Shown in pieces: positions 42,664 to 50,883 of a DNA stretch of 64,000 nt. Positions within the stretch are counted from its first letter, which is position 1. Each line of letters starts with the position of its first letter. The notes beneath the pieces were generated by a model that searched no databases, was not told where the DNA came from, and saw only the letters and a program-made list of their open reading frames with translations. A program made the translations under genes and the position numbers. The DNA comes from Candidatus Omnitrophota bacterium (GTDB lineage Bacteria; Omnitrophota; Gorgyraeia; Gygaellales; Profunditerraquicolaceae): NCBI GenBank assembly GCA_026387475.1, contig JAPLLN010000049.1, forward strand, positions 16,556 through 80,555. The letters run 5' to 3'.

Positions 42664-43536
42664 TTACTTGCCTCCGATAGCGAATGCCGCGCCCTTCATA
42701 AACTCTAGCAGGATCGGCGCGCCTATTACTATGCCGATGACCGGCAGAATACAGAAGATGAGCGGAATAAGGATCTTGATCGGCGCCTGTAAGGCGAATC
42801 TCTCCCCGCGGTGGAAGCGCATCATGCGCGTGTCTTCCGACAAGATCATGAACGCCTCGGCAACCGGTGTCCCCATCCTCTCTGCCAGGACCAGCGTCTG
42901 GACAAACGAGCTTACTTCCGGAATATTCAGGCGCTTGGACATATCTTTTAAAGCCTGCGAGCGGGACTTACCCCATTTGATCTCTTCCAAGACAAATGCC
43001 AGCTCTTCCATCATCGGGTTCATCGGCGTTTTATCGATGACCCACTTGACCGCGGTGGTAAAATCCAACCCCGCTTCAACGCAGAGGCCCAAAAGATCGA
43101 CTGTCTCCGGCAAGAGGCGGGCAATGGCGTATTTGCGCTGGGCAATTTTGCGCTTCACGATTATATCCGGAATCATATAACCTAACAAAAGCGCAAAAGC
43201 GAATTCCCAGATCTGCGGCTTGGCAAGCACAAAATAAGCGGCAACACAAAGAACAGCCATGAGTATAATTTTCAAGTTAAAGAATTCTATGGCGGTAAAA
43301 CGTAAGTGCGCGGCATCCAATTTATTCTTCAAATCCAGGTCAAGATGCAGTTTCTCCAGTATCTGGCGCGAGAAAGGTATAACCTTGGTCAGGAAATTAT
43401 GCAGGCGCACCTTCTGCACCTTCTGTTCAGCGTCGGGGAGCGTGAGCCTGCGGGTAGCGTACGCCGGCGAAGAAAGTATCGAGGCTACGATCAACCCCGC
43501 GCTTAAAATGATCAGGCCGTAAATGGCAAAAAGCAT
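42664..43536 (-). CDS. tadC: TadC (T2SSF-family) inner membrane platform protein
   Basis: LPETVDLLGLCVEAGL..ERMGTPVAE..PIKILIPL. Confidence 0.92.
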   Translation of the reverse strand: MLFAIYGLIILSAGLIVASILSSPAYATRRLTLPDAEQKVQKVRLHNFLTKVIPFSRQILEKLHLDLDLKNKLDAAHLRFTAIEFFNLKIILMAVLCVAAYFVLAKPQIWEFAFALLLGYMIPDIIVKRKIAQRKYAIARLLPETVDLLGLCVEAGLDFTTAVKWVIDKTPMNPMMEELAFVLEEIKWGKSRSQALKDMSKRLNIPEVSSFVQTLVLAERMGTPVAEAFMILSEDTRMMRFHRGERFALQAPIKILIPLIFCILPVIGIVIGAPILLEFMKGAAFAIGGK

Positions 43537-43548
43537 TAAATCTCCCTC

Positions 43549-44412
43549 CTATATCTTGATGATGCTGAACTTGCGTATTAAAACCATCCCCACAACCTGC
43601 AAGATTAGCGCAACGATCAAAAGCGTCCTTCCGGTGTCGCTCTCAAGCATGATGTCAAAATGATGTTTATTGTTCATAATGACCCAGACAAAGAATATCA
43701 GCGGTAAAATTGACATGATGATGCCCTGCATCCTGCCCTGAAGAGTAAGGGTCTTGATGCTTTCTTTCAGCTTGCGATTATCGCGTATAGTAGTAATAAG
43801 ACGGCTGAAAACCTTGGTCAGGTCGCCGCCGGTTTCACGGGCGACTAAGACCGAATTTACTACCAGGCTTAAGTCTTCCATCTGCATTCTTTTATCCAAC
43901 CGCCTCAAGCTCTCTTCAAGGGTGATACCCATGCGGTTCTCCCTGACTAAAAGGCCGATCTCCTGGCCCATGGGCGCGGGCATCTCCTCGACGAGGACTT
44001 CAAATGCCTGCAAGAGGCTTAAGCCGCCTTTCAGGGCGCTGGAGAGAATCATGATCGAGTCGATAAGCTGATCGTAAAATTTCTTTCTGCGCTGCGCGTC
44101 CCTTATCTTTAACATCATATTCGGGATAGCTAACCCCACAAACGCGCCGGCAAACGCCCCCAGCCAGTTACTGGCGAGGATATATCCGAGCGTGCCCAGA
44201 ACAGGCGGAAGGATATAATAAAGCATGATTATCCTGCGCGGACTCTTGTCATAGGAGAACATATCGTCGAGTTTTTTCTCGATGACCCGCTCCTTTTCAT
44301 CGTGCCAGTCCCGCGCCTTTTCCTCGACCTTGGGCGCTCCCGCCATAGTCAAGAGCACAATGGAAGCCGCCACTAAACCGACAATAACTAAAAATAATAT
44401 GGCCAAAGACAT
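43549..44412 (-). CDS. tadB: TadB (T2SSF-family) inner membrane platform protein
   Basis: QLIDSIMILSSALKGGLSL..ETGGDL..TLQGRMQG. Confidence 0.92.
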   Translation of the reverse strand: MSLAILFLVIVGLVAASIVLLTMAGAPKVEEKARDWHDEKERVIEKKLDDMFSYDKSPRRIIMLYYILPPVLGTLGYILASNWLGAFAGAFVGLAIPNMMLKIRDAQRRKKFYDQLIDSIMILSSALKGGLSLLQAFEVLVEEMPAPMGQEIGLLVRENRMGITLEESLRRLDKRMQMEDLSLVVNSVLVARETGGDLTKVFSRLITTIRDNRKLKESIKTLTLQGRMQGIIMSILPLIFFVWVIMNNKHHFDIMLESDTGRTLLIVALILQVVGMVLIRKFSIIKI

Positions 44413-44443
44413 TTACCTTGTCTCCTTTCGCAACAATTTTAAA

Positions 44444-44767
44444 TTACCAGCTGCCTTCGCTGTTCAGCGACCCTGTGTTCTGGGTCGTATCGCGGTTCTG
44501 CGACTGGTTGGTGCTGCTTGTGGTGTAGGCATTAGTCCCGCCGACGACATTCTCCGTCGAATTTACGCTTGAATAAGTCGTAGTATTCGCGGTCGACCGG
44601 GTCGGAGAATACTGTTCGCCGATCTGGTCACTCGCTTCTTTCACCCGCCCCTGAAGGCCGCCTTTGATATAAGACTGCATCATGATAAGCGCCCCCACCA
44701 CCACGCCGATTATTACCGCGTATTCGAGCGTACTTTGGGCCTTTCTTTGTTTTAAACGGATAAACAT
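44444..44767 (-). CDS. Minor prepilin
   Basis: KA|QSTLEY, YIKGGLQGR, GEQYSP. Confidence 0.85.
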   Translation of the reverse strand: MFIRLKQRKAQSTLEYAVIIGVVVGALIMMQSYIKGGLQGRVKEASDQIGEQYSPTRSTANTTTYSSVNSTENVVGGTNAYTTSSTNQSQNRDTTQNTGSLNSEGSW

Positions 44768-44797
44768 TTTGTCCTCCCTGTCTGCCGATAGGCAGGC

Positions 44798-45154
44798 TTA
44801 TTGTCCCGAACTGTTGACAGAAAGCGTCTGCTGCTCCCTGGTAACGTTAGTCCGCTGATTGGTAGTCTTGCTTACGCCGCCACCCAAGGACTCACCTTCA
44901 CTCTCGTTACTGGACTGTTGAGTCTGGGCATTTGACTGCACATAATACGGCTCATACTGCGAAGTATTGAAAGTAAGCGTATTCCCGCCGACGGACCCGC
45001 CGGAACCCCGGGCATCCACCACGTCCTTAATGCGGCCCTGTAATCCTCTCTTGATATAGACCTGCATCGCGATAAACGCGCCGACGACAATGGCGAAAAG
45101 TATGGCGTACTCTGCCGTGGTCTGCGCCCTGCTCCTGTTCATTTGGATAAACAT
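44798..45154 (-). CDS. Minor prepilin
   Basis: RA|QTTAEY, YIKRGLQGR, QYEP. Confidence 0.85.
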   Translation of the reverse strand: MFIQMNRSRAQTTAEYAILFAIVVGAFIAMQVYIKRGLQGRIKDVVDARGSGGSVGGNTLTFNTSQYEPYYVQSNAQTQQSSNESEGESLGGGVSKTTNQRTNVTREQQTLSVNSSGQ

Positions 45155-45184
45155 ATTTCACCCCCCTTGATTTGTTTTAAAAAA

Positions 45185-45358
45185 CTAATTTCCGCCGAGA
45201 TTCATGTTCTGGACCTTGGTATCCATCTTGGTCGATACCCCTTCCAGAGAACTCTGAACCTTAGTCCCTACCAACCTGGATGCTATGATCACCGCTGCCA
45301 CTATCGCAGTCAGGATGATCACATACTCCAGAGTTGACTGCCCTTTTCTTTTGAACAT
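45185..45358 (-). CDS. Probable major Flp pilin, 57 aa (below the ORF-track cutoff)
   Basis: MFKRKG|QSTLEYVIILTAIVAAVII..; strong AGGAGGTG RBS; first gene after the leader RNA. Confidence 0.85.
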   Translation of the reverse strand: MFKRKGQSTLEYVIILTAIVAAVIIASRLVGTKVQSSLEGVSTKMDTKVQNMNLGGN

Positions 45359-45393
45359 CTTACCACCTCCTAAGTTTGTACTGAAGATCCTCT

Positions 45394-45447
45394 AAAAAAA
45401 GAAAAACCGCGCTACCGCCAATTGGAATTCTGCTTGTCGGTAACCCG
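45394..45447 (-). terminator. Attenuator-type terminator in the pilin leader
   Basis: CCGGGTTACCGACAA...TTGGCGGTAGCGCGG then TTTTTCTTTTTTT. Confidence 0.75.
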
Positions 45448-45535
45448 GTTCCTACAAAGACAAATCGAACTTGTGACGAGCAGCGTCCCGTGGCCATGCG
45501 CATCCACTACCTCCATAGCGGAATTGCTTTCTTGC
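45437..45535 (-). ncRNA. Variant GEMM-like (cyclic dinucleotide) riboswitch upstream of the pilin operon
   Basis: AAAGCAAT-TCCGCTAT-GGAG-GTAGTGGA-TGCGCATGGCCACGGG...GGAACCGGGTTACCGA has the same scaffold as 32083-32175 with substitutions. Confidence 0.65.
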
Positions 45536-45575
45536 TTGTCGTCCTTCGTTAATTCTTTACCTATATTGTATTTAA

Positions 45576-45604
45576 AATATATCATTAATAGAGGTAAGTG
45601 TCAA
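45576..45604 (-). promoter_or_regulatory. Sigma70 promoter for the pilin operon
   Basis: TTGACA-N17-TATATT with TGn extension. Confidence 0.7.
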
Positions 45605-45814
45605 TATTATTTAGGGTTTACAAGAAAGCGGTTTCGAAATTTCGCGGCAGAATTAACTTTCTAACCCCGCTGATTAAAAGAGTTTACCTAACAATCCGGG
45701 CTATCCGAAATAAGCCAATATTCCCTCATCCCAATAACCACCCCCACCCCAATAAACCACCCCAACACCCAATCCCCTGACACTCAGTTTTAAGCAGTTT
45801 CCACCCCGAAATAA

Positions 45815-45888
45815 TAATGTCCAATCTAGATATTGACAAGATTGGACATTAGTGATATACTTTTCTTGAGCTTAAAAATGTCCAATCT
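45815..45888 (+). promoter_or_regulatory. Sigma70 promoter overlapped by three AGATTGGACATT operator-like sites
   Basis: TTGACA 45833-45838, N17, TATACT 45856-45861. Motif copies at 45816-45827 (reverse), 45839-45850 and 45877-45888 (reverse). Confidence 0.85.
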
Positions 45889-45897
45889 GGAGTAAAT

Positions 45898-47679
45898 ATG
45901 GGTATTGTACATAAACTGATCCCCCAAATAAAAGACTTCATTTTAGAGCAGAAAAAGGCTGACCCAAAGATCAGCTGCCGCAGCCTCTCTGACCTTATTG
46001 ATGAGAAATTCCAGATCCAAGTCTCTAAATCCAGCATTAACGCTATATTCAAGGGATCCGGGCTTAGCATGCCTGTAGGGAGGAGTTCAGAAGGAAAACG
46101 CAAGCTGCGTATCGAAGCCCCTGCTCTGTTGCTTTCCGCGCCTGCGCCTGAACCCGAGCCGGCTCCTGAACCGGTCATTGAAAAGCCTGTTGAGCCCGCG
46201 CCTGAACCAATAATTGCAAAACCTATCGAACCTATGCCTGAACCGGTCATCGAAAAACCTGCTGCTCCGGCGCCTGAACCCGAACCGGCTCCTGAACCGG
46301 TCATTGAAAAACCTGCTGCTCCGGCGCCTAAACCAATAATCCAAAAGACTTTTAAGGAGTTTGAAAAAGTAGAATTTACCGAAACGCCGAGCAGCGGAAT
46401 CATACTCTTAAAAGCGGCGGATTATCTTATCAACGGAAATTACGACGCAGCCGAGATCATCAAAAAAAGGCTTAACCGCTCCGGCGGCAATCTCCCCGCC
46501 CAAACCGAGGCTTTTACCTTTTCCCAATTACCGAATTCCCTGCCGGCAAACCTTGAGCCCATAACCGGCATAAGGATGAGTCCCGAAGACCTGGATAATT
46601 ATGCTCAAGAGATAAATTCCGTTAAGACCTTGACGCTTGATATTTCCCGCGTAATAGCCAACTGCCTTGAAGAGGTGCGCTGCATAAAAGTTATACTCTC
46701 CGACGGAAACTCCTTCTACCTGGATGCCCAGATGCACTCCATCTGGTCCACCCCGCACATCCCTTACGATTTTTCTTCGACTGCGTCCGATATCAAACGC
46801 AGCGTTAACGATTACTTCTTCGCCGGAGAGCCCATCTCTTTATTTATGGCACCGGGCTATGATACACCCTCTAAAGACCTTTTTAATTTTATCGCCGGAA
46901 TGGAAGGGGTAAATAAAAAAATAACCCGCCTTACCGTCTGCGGGAACAGGTTCGAGGATATGGATACTGTCGCGATAGACGCACCCAAGAAGTATTATTA
47001 TATCTTCGGCGCCTGGCCGTGGCAGTTTGTAGGCGCGCGTAAGGTCAAGAAGATCGGCGAGTTTAAACCTTACCGTTCGCAGGTCTTAAAAAAAGACGCG
47101 CTTTGCGCCGAGCTTGATATAGATTTCATCAACCCCGAAACCAAAGAAGCGATCAACTTAAAGGGGTGCGCTTTAAAAATGAGCCCTGCGGAAAAGACCA
47201 GGCTGATCATTTTAAGCAACCTTACCGGCGAAAAAGCCCTACCCGCGGCTTTATGCGAGGCATATTTATCCCGCTGGCCGAATTTAGAAGAAGCCTTTCA
47301 GGATTACAGCCGCAAGATCGAACTCTTTACTTATACGGCGGAGGCCCGAGCCTTTTTCAGCCCGGAACATTTCAACTTGGAAGGCATCCCTACCCTAAAA
47401 GATGCCAAGACCGTAGCCGCGAATTATCTATTTACCCTGGATTCATTCCTTAAATGGCACCTTTTGCCGCAAGGGTATGAAAAACAAGATTTCACGGTAA
47501 CTGGGGCTCGTTTTTACGATTTAAAAGTGAACCTTAAAAAGGAAGGGAACTGTGTGGCGGTAAATTTCCAAATTCCTCAAGGATACGCATACCTTAACGA
47601 CCTGCAATACCTCTGCCGCCGCCTCAACGAAAGATTTATCCGCTTGAGCGACGGCCAGCGCCTCTGGTTCAATTCTTAG
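45898..47679 (+). CDS. HTH + Pro/Glu-rich linker + degenerate DDE-transposase-like protein
   Basis: N-terminal HTH (PKISCRSLSDLIDEKFQIQVSKSSINAI), APEPEPAPEPVIEKP repeats, FYLDA and LIILSNL..YLSRWPNLEEAF (IS4-superfamily YxxRW..E-like signature). Confidence 0.75.
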   Translation: MGIVHKLIPQIKDFILEQKKADPKISCRSLSDLIDEKFQIQVSKSSINAIFKGSGLSMPVGRSSEGKRKLRIEAPALLLSAPAPEPEPAPEPVIEKPVEPAPEPIIAKPIEPMPEPVIEKPAAPAPEPEPAPEPVIEKPAAPAPKPIIQKTFKEFEKVEFTETPSSGIILLKAADYLINGNYDAAEIIKKRLNRSGGNLPAQTEAFTFSQLPNSLPANLEPITGIRMSPEDLDNYAQEINSVKTLTLDISRVIANCLEEVRCIKVILSDGNSFYLDAQMHSIWSTPHIPYDFSSTASDIKRSVNDYFFAGEPISLFMAPGYDTPSKDLFNFIAGMEGVNKKITRLTVCGNRFEDMDTVAIDAPKKYYYIFGAWPWQFVGARKVKKIGEFKPYRSQVLKKDALCAELDIDFINPETKEAINLKGCALKMSPAEKTRLIILSNLTGEKALPAALCEAYLSRWPNLEEAFQDYSRKIELFTYTAEARAFFSPEHFNLEGIPTLKDAKTVAANYLFTLDSFLKWHLLPQGYEKQDFTVTGARFYDLKVNLKKEGNCVAVNFQIPQGYAYLNDLQYLCRRLNERFIRLSDGQRLWFNS

Positions 47680-47736
47680 GGACACCCTTCAATCCAAAGC
47701 AGGGACACCCTATATGCCAAAGCTGAGGGTGTCCCC
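47678..47736. repeat. REP-like elements upstream of RAYT
   Basis: AGGGACACCCT at 47678 and 47701; inverse AGGGTGTCCC at 47726. Confidence 0.85.
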
Positions 47737-47801
47737 AAAAGAAAATTTTTAGTTAGATTTGCCCTACTTCTTCGTCTATTGTATTGGAAGGAGATGATTC
47801 T

Positions 47802-48284
47802 ATGCCTAGGGGAGCGAGAATACTTTTAAGGAACGTGCTGTACCATATTATAAACCGCGGTAATCAAAAAGAACGGATATTCCTGGAAGGATCAGACTAC
47901 CAGGAATATTTACGAATATTAAAACACTATAAATGCAAATTTCGATTCAAGGTTTTCGGATATTGTCTAATGCCAAACCATGTCCACATAATGCTGGAGC
48001 TAAAGAATCCCCAAGACTTGGCAAAGATAATGCAATGCTTGACCCAAACTTATACCAAATGGTTCAACAAGAAATATGAAAAAGTCGGACACTTATGGCA
48101 GGGTAGGTTTAAAAACATGGTGATACAAAAAGATGATTACTTGATAAATTGTATATCTTATGTGGAAGCGAACCCTGTGAGGGCTGGCATAGTTAGGTTT
48201 CCAGCAGATTATTGCTGGAGCAGCTATAAAGACAGGGTATTTGGGAATAAAAATGCCTTGCTGGATTTACCCGATTCAACTTAA
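47802..48284 (+). CDS. REP-associated tyrosine (Y1 HUH) transposase, RAYT
   Basis: MPR..R, YHIINRGN, YCLMPNHVH, LWQGRF, YVEANPVRAG, WSSY. Confidence 0.93.
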   Translation: MPRGARILLRNVLYHIINRGNQKERIFLEGSDYQEYLRILKHYKCKFRFKVFGYCLMPNHVHIMLELKNPQDLAKIMQCLTQTYTKWFNKKYEKVGHLWQGRFKNMVIQKDDYLINCISYVEANPVRAGIVRFPADYCWSSYKDRVFGNKNALLDLPDST

Positions 48285-48293
48285 ATAAGTACC

Positions 48294-48329
48294 GGGGACA
48301 CCCTGCCGATTAGCTCCAAGGGTGTCCCT
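48294..48329. repeat. REP hairpin
   Basis: GGGGACACCCTGCCGATTAGCTCCAAGGGTGTCCCT. Confidence 0.9.
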
Positions 48330-48669
48330 AAATAATGGAAAGGAGATCGCCTTTAGAAGTCCGGGCGGATTGGATGGTACCGACGGGAAGCTCAATAACG
48401 CAGGCGGCGCGAAGGAATACCTTGCTTAGCCTTGCGGGCTTTAATGCAGGCACTACGCCTACCACATAATTATTTTTATCCATAAAAAGCAAATCAATAG
48501 GAAATCGCATAAAAAAAGTATGTATCGAGTTGCAGGGCCGCAGAATCAAAGCCTCTCCCGCAGGAAATTCTTTTCTCCCCAAAAGTCCTTTTACCCTTGC
48601 CAAAATATTATCTGCCATAACCGCCTTATTTGCTAATATGGTATTTTTACTTTCATTGCTTATTTTCAT
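48328..48669 (-). CDS. DUF192 family protein
   Basis: RVKGLLGR..PCNSIHTFFMRFPIDLLF..VIELPVG. Confidence 0.92.
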   Translation of the reverse strand: MKISNESKNTILANKAVMADNILARVKGLLGRKEFPAGEALILRPCNSIHTFFMRFPIDLLFMDKNNYVVGVVPALKPARLSKVFLRAACVIELPVGTIQSARTSKGDLLSII

Positions 48670-48683
48670 ATATTTGGTTAGCT

Positions 48684-48719
48684 GGGGACACCCTACCGAT
48701 TAGCTCCAAGGGTGTCCCT
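48684..48719. repeat. REP hairpin
   Basis: GGGGACACCCTACCGATTAGCTCCAAGGGTGTCCCT, one mismatch to 48294-48329. Confidence 0.9.
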
Positions 48720-48723
48720 GGTT

Positions 48724-50880
48724 TTACTGGGCGCGGAAGATGTCTTCCGGCAGAGGGATGCCTTTGATCCTGAATTCATTGATAAACGACGGGACATAAC
48801 CGGTAGCCTGGAAATCTCCCAGGACATTATGCTCCTTATCCATCCCGGTCTGCTTAAACATAAAGATATCTCTTAAATCGATGTGCGACTCATCCTTCAT
48901 CCCGCAGACCTCAGTGACCTGCAATATCTTGCGGCTGCCGTCGGAGAGGCGGGCGGTGTGAATGATCATGTGTATGGCGGAGGCGATCATCTCGCGGATG
49001 GCCCTGATAGGAAGTTCTATCCCGGACATAAGTATCATGGAGTCAAAACGGGTCAGGGCGTCCTGTGTAGAGTTGGCGTGCACCGTAGTCATCGAGCCGT
49101 CATGGCCGGTATTCATCGCCTGCAACATATCCAGGGTCTCTACTCCGCGGCATTCGCCGATGATTATCCTGTCGGGGCGCATTCTCAAGGTATTCCGGAA
49201 AAGGTCTCTTATGGTGATGGCGCCCTTGCCTTCGATATTCGGAGGACGGGATTCCAGCCGGATCCAGTGATCCTGATGCAGCTTTAGTTCCGCGGCATCC
49301 TCAATAGTGACGATCCTCTCGTTATTCGAAATAAACGCCGAAAGTATGTTTAAGATCGTCGTCTTACCGCTACCCGTACCGCCGGAGACAATGATATTTT
49401 TTCTACAGGTGACCGCAGCCTGAATAAAATCCGCCATTGCCTTGTTTAAGGTGCGCAGTTCGATCAACTCTTCGGTCTTAAATCTTTCTTTGCGGAATTT
49501 CCTGATAGTCAAAGACGGCCCGGTCAAAGATAGCGGAGGGATAATGGCGTTAACGCGCGATCCGTCGGGCAGGCGCGCGTCAACCATGGGTACCGACTCG
49601 TCAATCCTTCTGCCGATGGGCGCTATAATGCGCTCAATGACTATTTTTACCTGCTCGTTAGAGATAAATTTCTTGCTGGTAGCCTCGATTTTTCCCCGGC
49701 GCTCGATATAAACCTCGTCTTTGTTGTTGACCATGATATCTGTTATCGTCGGGTCAGCGAGCAGGTCTTCCAACGGCCCGAGGCCGAGCGCCTCATCCAG
49801 CATTTCTTTGACTAACTTTTTACGCACATCGGGTGAAGTAATAAAACTCCCCGCCTCCTCCGTGAGAAAATTCGTGACCATGACCTCGGCCTTATCGCGC
49901 AATTCTTTATTCTTTTTGGAATCGCTAAATGCCTTGGAGTCAAGGCGCTTTAAATTTAATTCTTCTATCAAGCGGGCGTGTATTCTGCGTTTAAGCCTTA
50001 TAATCTCGTCCGCCTCTTCGTAAGGATCGGGCCCGATAAGCGCTTCGGTCAACCCCTCCTTCTGCCAAAAATCGCCGCTCTTGGCCAACGTGCCTTCTTT
50101 TAATTTTAAGGCGTCTATCTCGGCGTGTTCGATATAAAGTTTTTTATTCGTGGTCAATTCATGGGCGAATTCCTTGATGGCCAAAGATATCTTTGACCTG
50201 GGGCTATCCAATATCACCGGAATGCTCTGATTGATCGCCTGGCCCGTAATGCGTCCCTCCGACGGGATGCGCGCGACGATATCGACCGGTAAAGAAACGC
50301 GCACCTCATGCCAGCTTATACTGGATAAAGACTCCGCGCGGTTTAAGACCACCCTGACCATAGAGAGCGGGATATGCATAAATTGCAGGGTATCCAGCGC
50401 CCACTTAGTTTGGTAGACCGAGAGCACATCCGGGGTCACCACAAATAAAACCAGGTTCGCCTGATTCAATACGCCGGCGAATGTCTCGGTGAAGATCTTT
50501 CCCGCGTCGATTATGATGTAATCGTAATCTTTATCGTAGAGCGTAAAAACGCTTTTTATCAATTCAGGGTCAAGATGAGGGGATTGTTGCGGGCGCAATA
50601 CAGCGGGAAGAAAACTGATCCCCAGGCCCGGGGCAGTGGAAAGAAAATCTTTCTTGACCACTGATTCGGGATTTCTTTTTATCTGGGCCATCAGGTCCAC
50701 CATGGCCTTCTGGGGCTTTAAATTCAGCATGTGGGCCATGTCGCCCGCGCCAAAGGTATCCAGGTCTATAAGACAGACGCGCTTGCCTTCGTCTTGAGCA
50801 AGGCTCACGGCGAGATTGGCGGCGACCAGGGTTTTACCCACGCCGCCCTTAGTGCTGAATAAGACGATTCTCTGGGACAT
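48724..50880 (-). CDS. cpaF: Fused CpaE/TadZ (MinD-like) and CpaF/TadA pilus assembly ATPase
   Basis: N-terminal KGGVGKT deviant Walker A; C-terminal GGTGSGKTT, TIEDAAEL, LRMRPDRIIIGE, MNTGHDGS. Confidence 0.93.
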   Translation of the reverse strand: MSQRIVLFSTKGGVGKTLVAANLAVSLAQDEGKRVCLIDLDTFGAGDMAHMLNLKPQKAMVDLMAQIKRNPESVVKKDFLSTAPGLGISFLPAVLRPQQSPHLDPELIKSVFTLYDKDYDYIIIDAGKIFTETFAGVLNQANLVLFVVTPDVLSVYQTKWALDTLQFMHIPLSMVRVVLNRAESLSSISWHEVRVSLPVDIVARIPSEGRITGQAINQSIPVILDSPRSKISLAIKEFAHELTTNKKLYIEHAEIDALKLKEGTLAKSGDFWQKEGLTEALIGPDPYEEADEIIRLKRRIHARLIEELNLKRLDSKAFSDSKKNKELRDKAEVMVTNFLTEEAGSFITSPDVRKKLVKEMLDEALGLGPLEDLLADPTITDIMVNNKDEVYIERRGKIEATSKKFISNEQVKIVIERIIAPIGRRIDESVPMVDARLPDGSRVNAIIPPLSLTGPSLTIRKFRKERFKTEELIELRTLNKAMADFIQAAVTCRKNIIVSGGTGSGKTTILNILSAFISNNERIVTIEDAAELKLHQDHWIRLESRPPNIEGKGAITIRDLFRNTLRMRPDRIIIGECRGVETLDMLQAMNTGHDGSMTTVHANSTQDALTRFDSMILMSGIELPIRAIREMIASAIHMIIHTARLSDGSRKILQVTEVCGMKDESHIDLRDIFMFKQTGMDKEHNVLGDFQATGYVPSFINEFRIKGIPLPEDIFRAQ

Positions 50881-50883
50881 TGG

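Noticed and set aside
46130-46340. Tandem DNA repeats as a non-coding array; antisense ORFs 45849-46403 and 46087-46344
   Set aside because: The repeats are in-frame Pro/Glu linker repeats of the 593-aa gene, and the antisense ORFs are by-products.
47802-48284. Ordinary IS200/IS605 TnpA insertion sequence
   Set aside because: The motifs (WQGRF, NPVRAG, WSSY), multiple flanking hairpins and absence of tnpB fit RAYT better.
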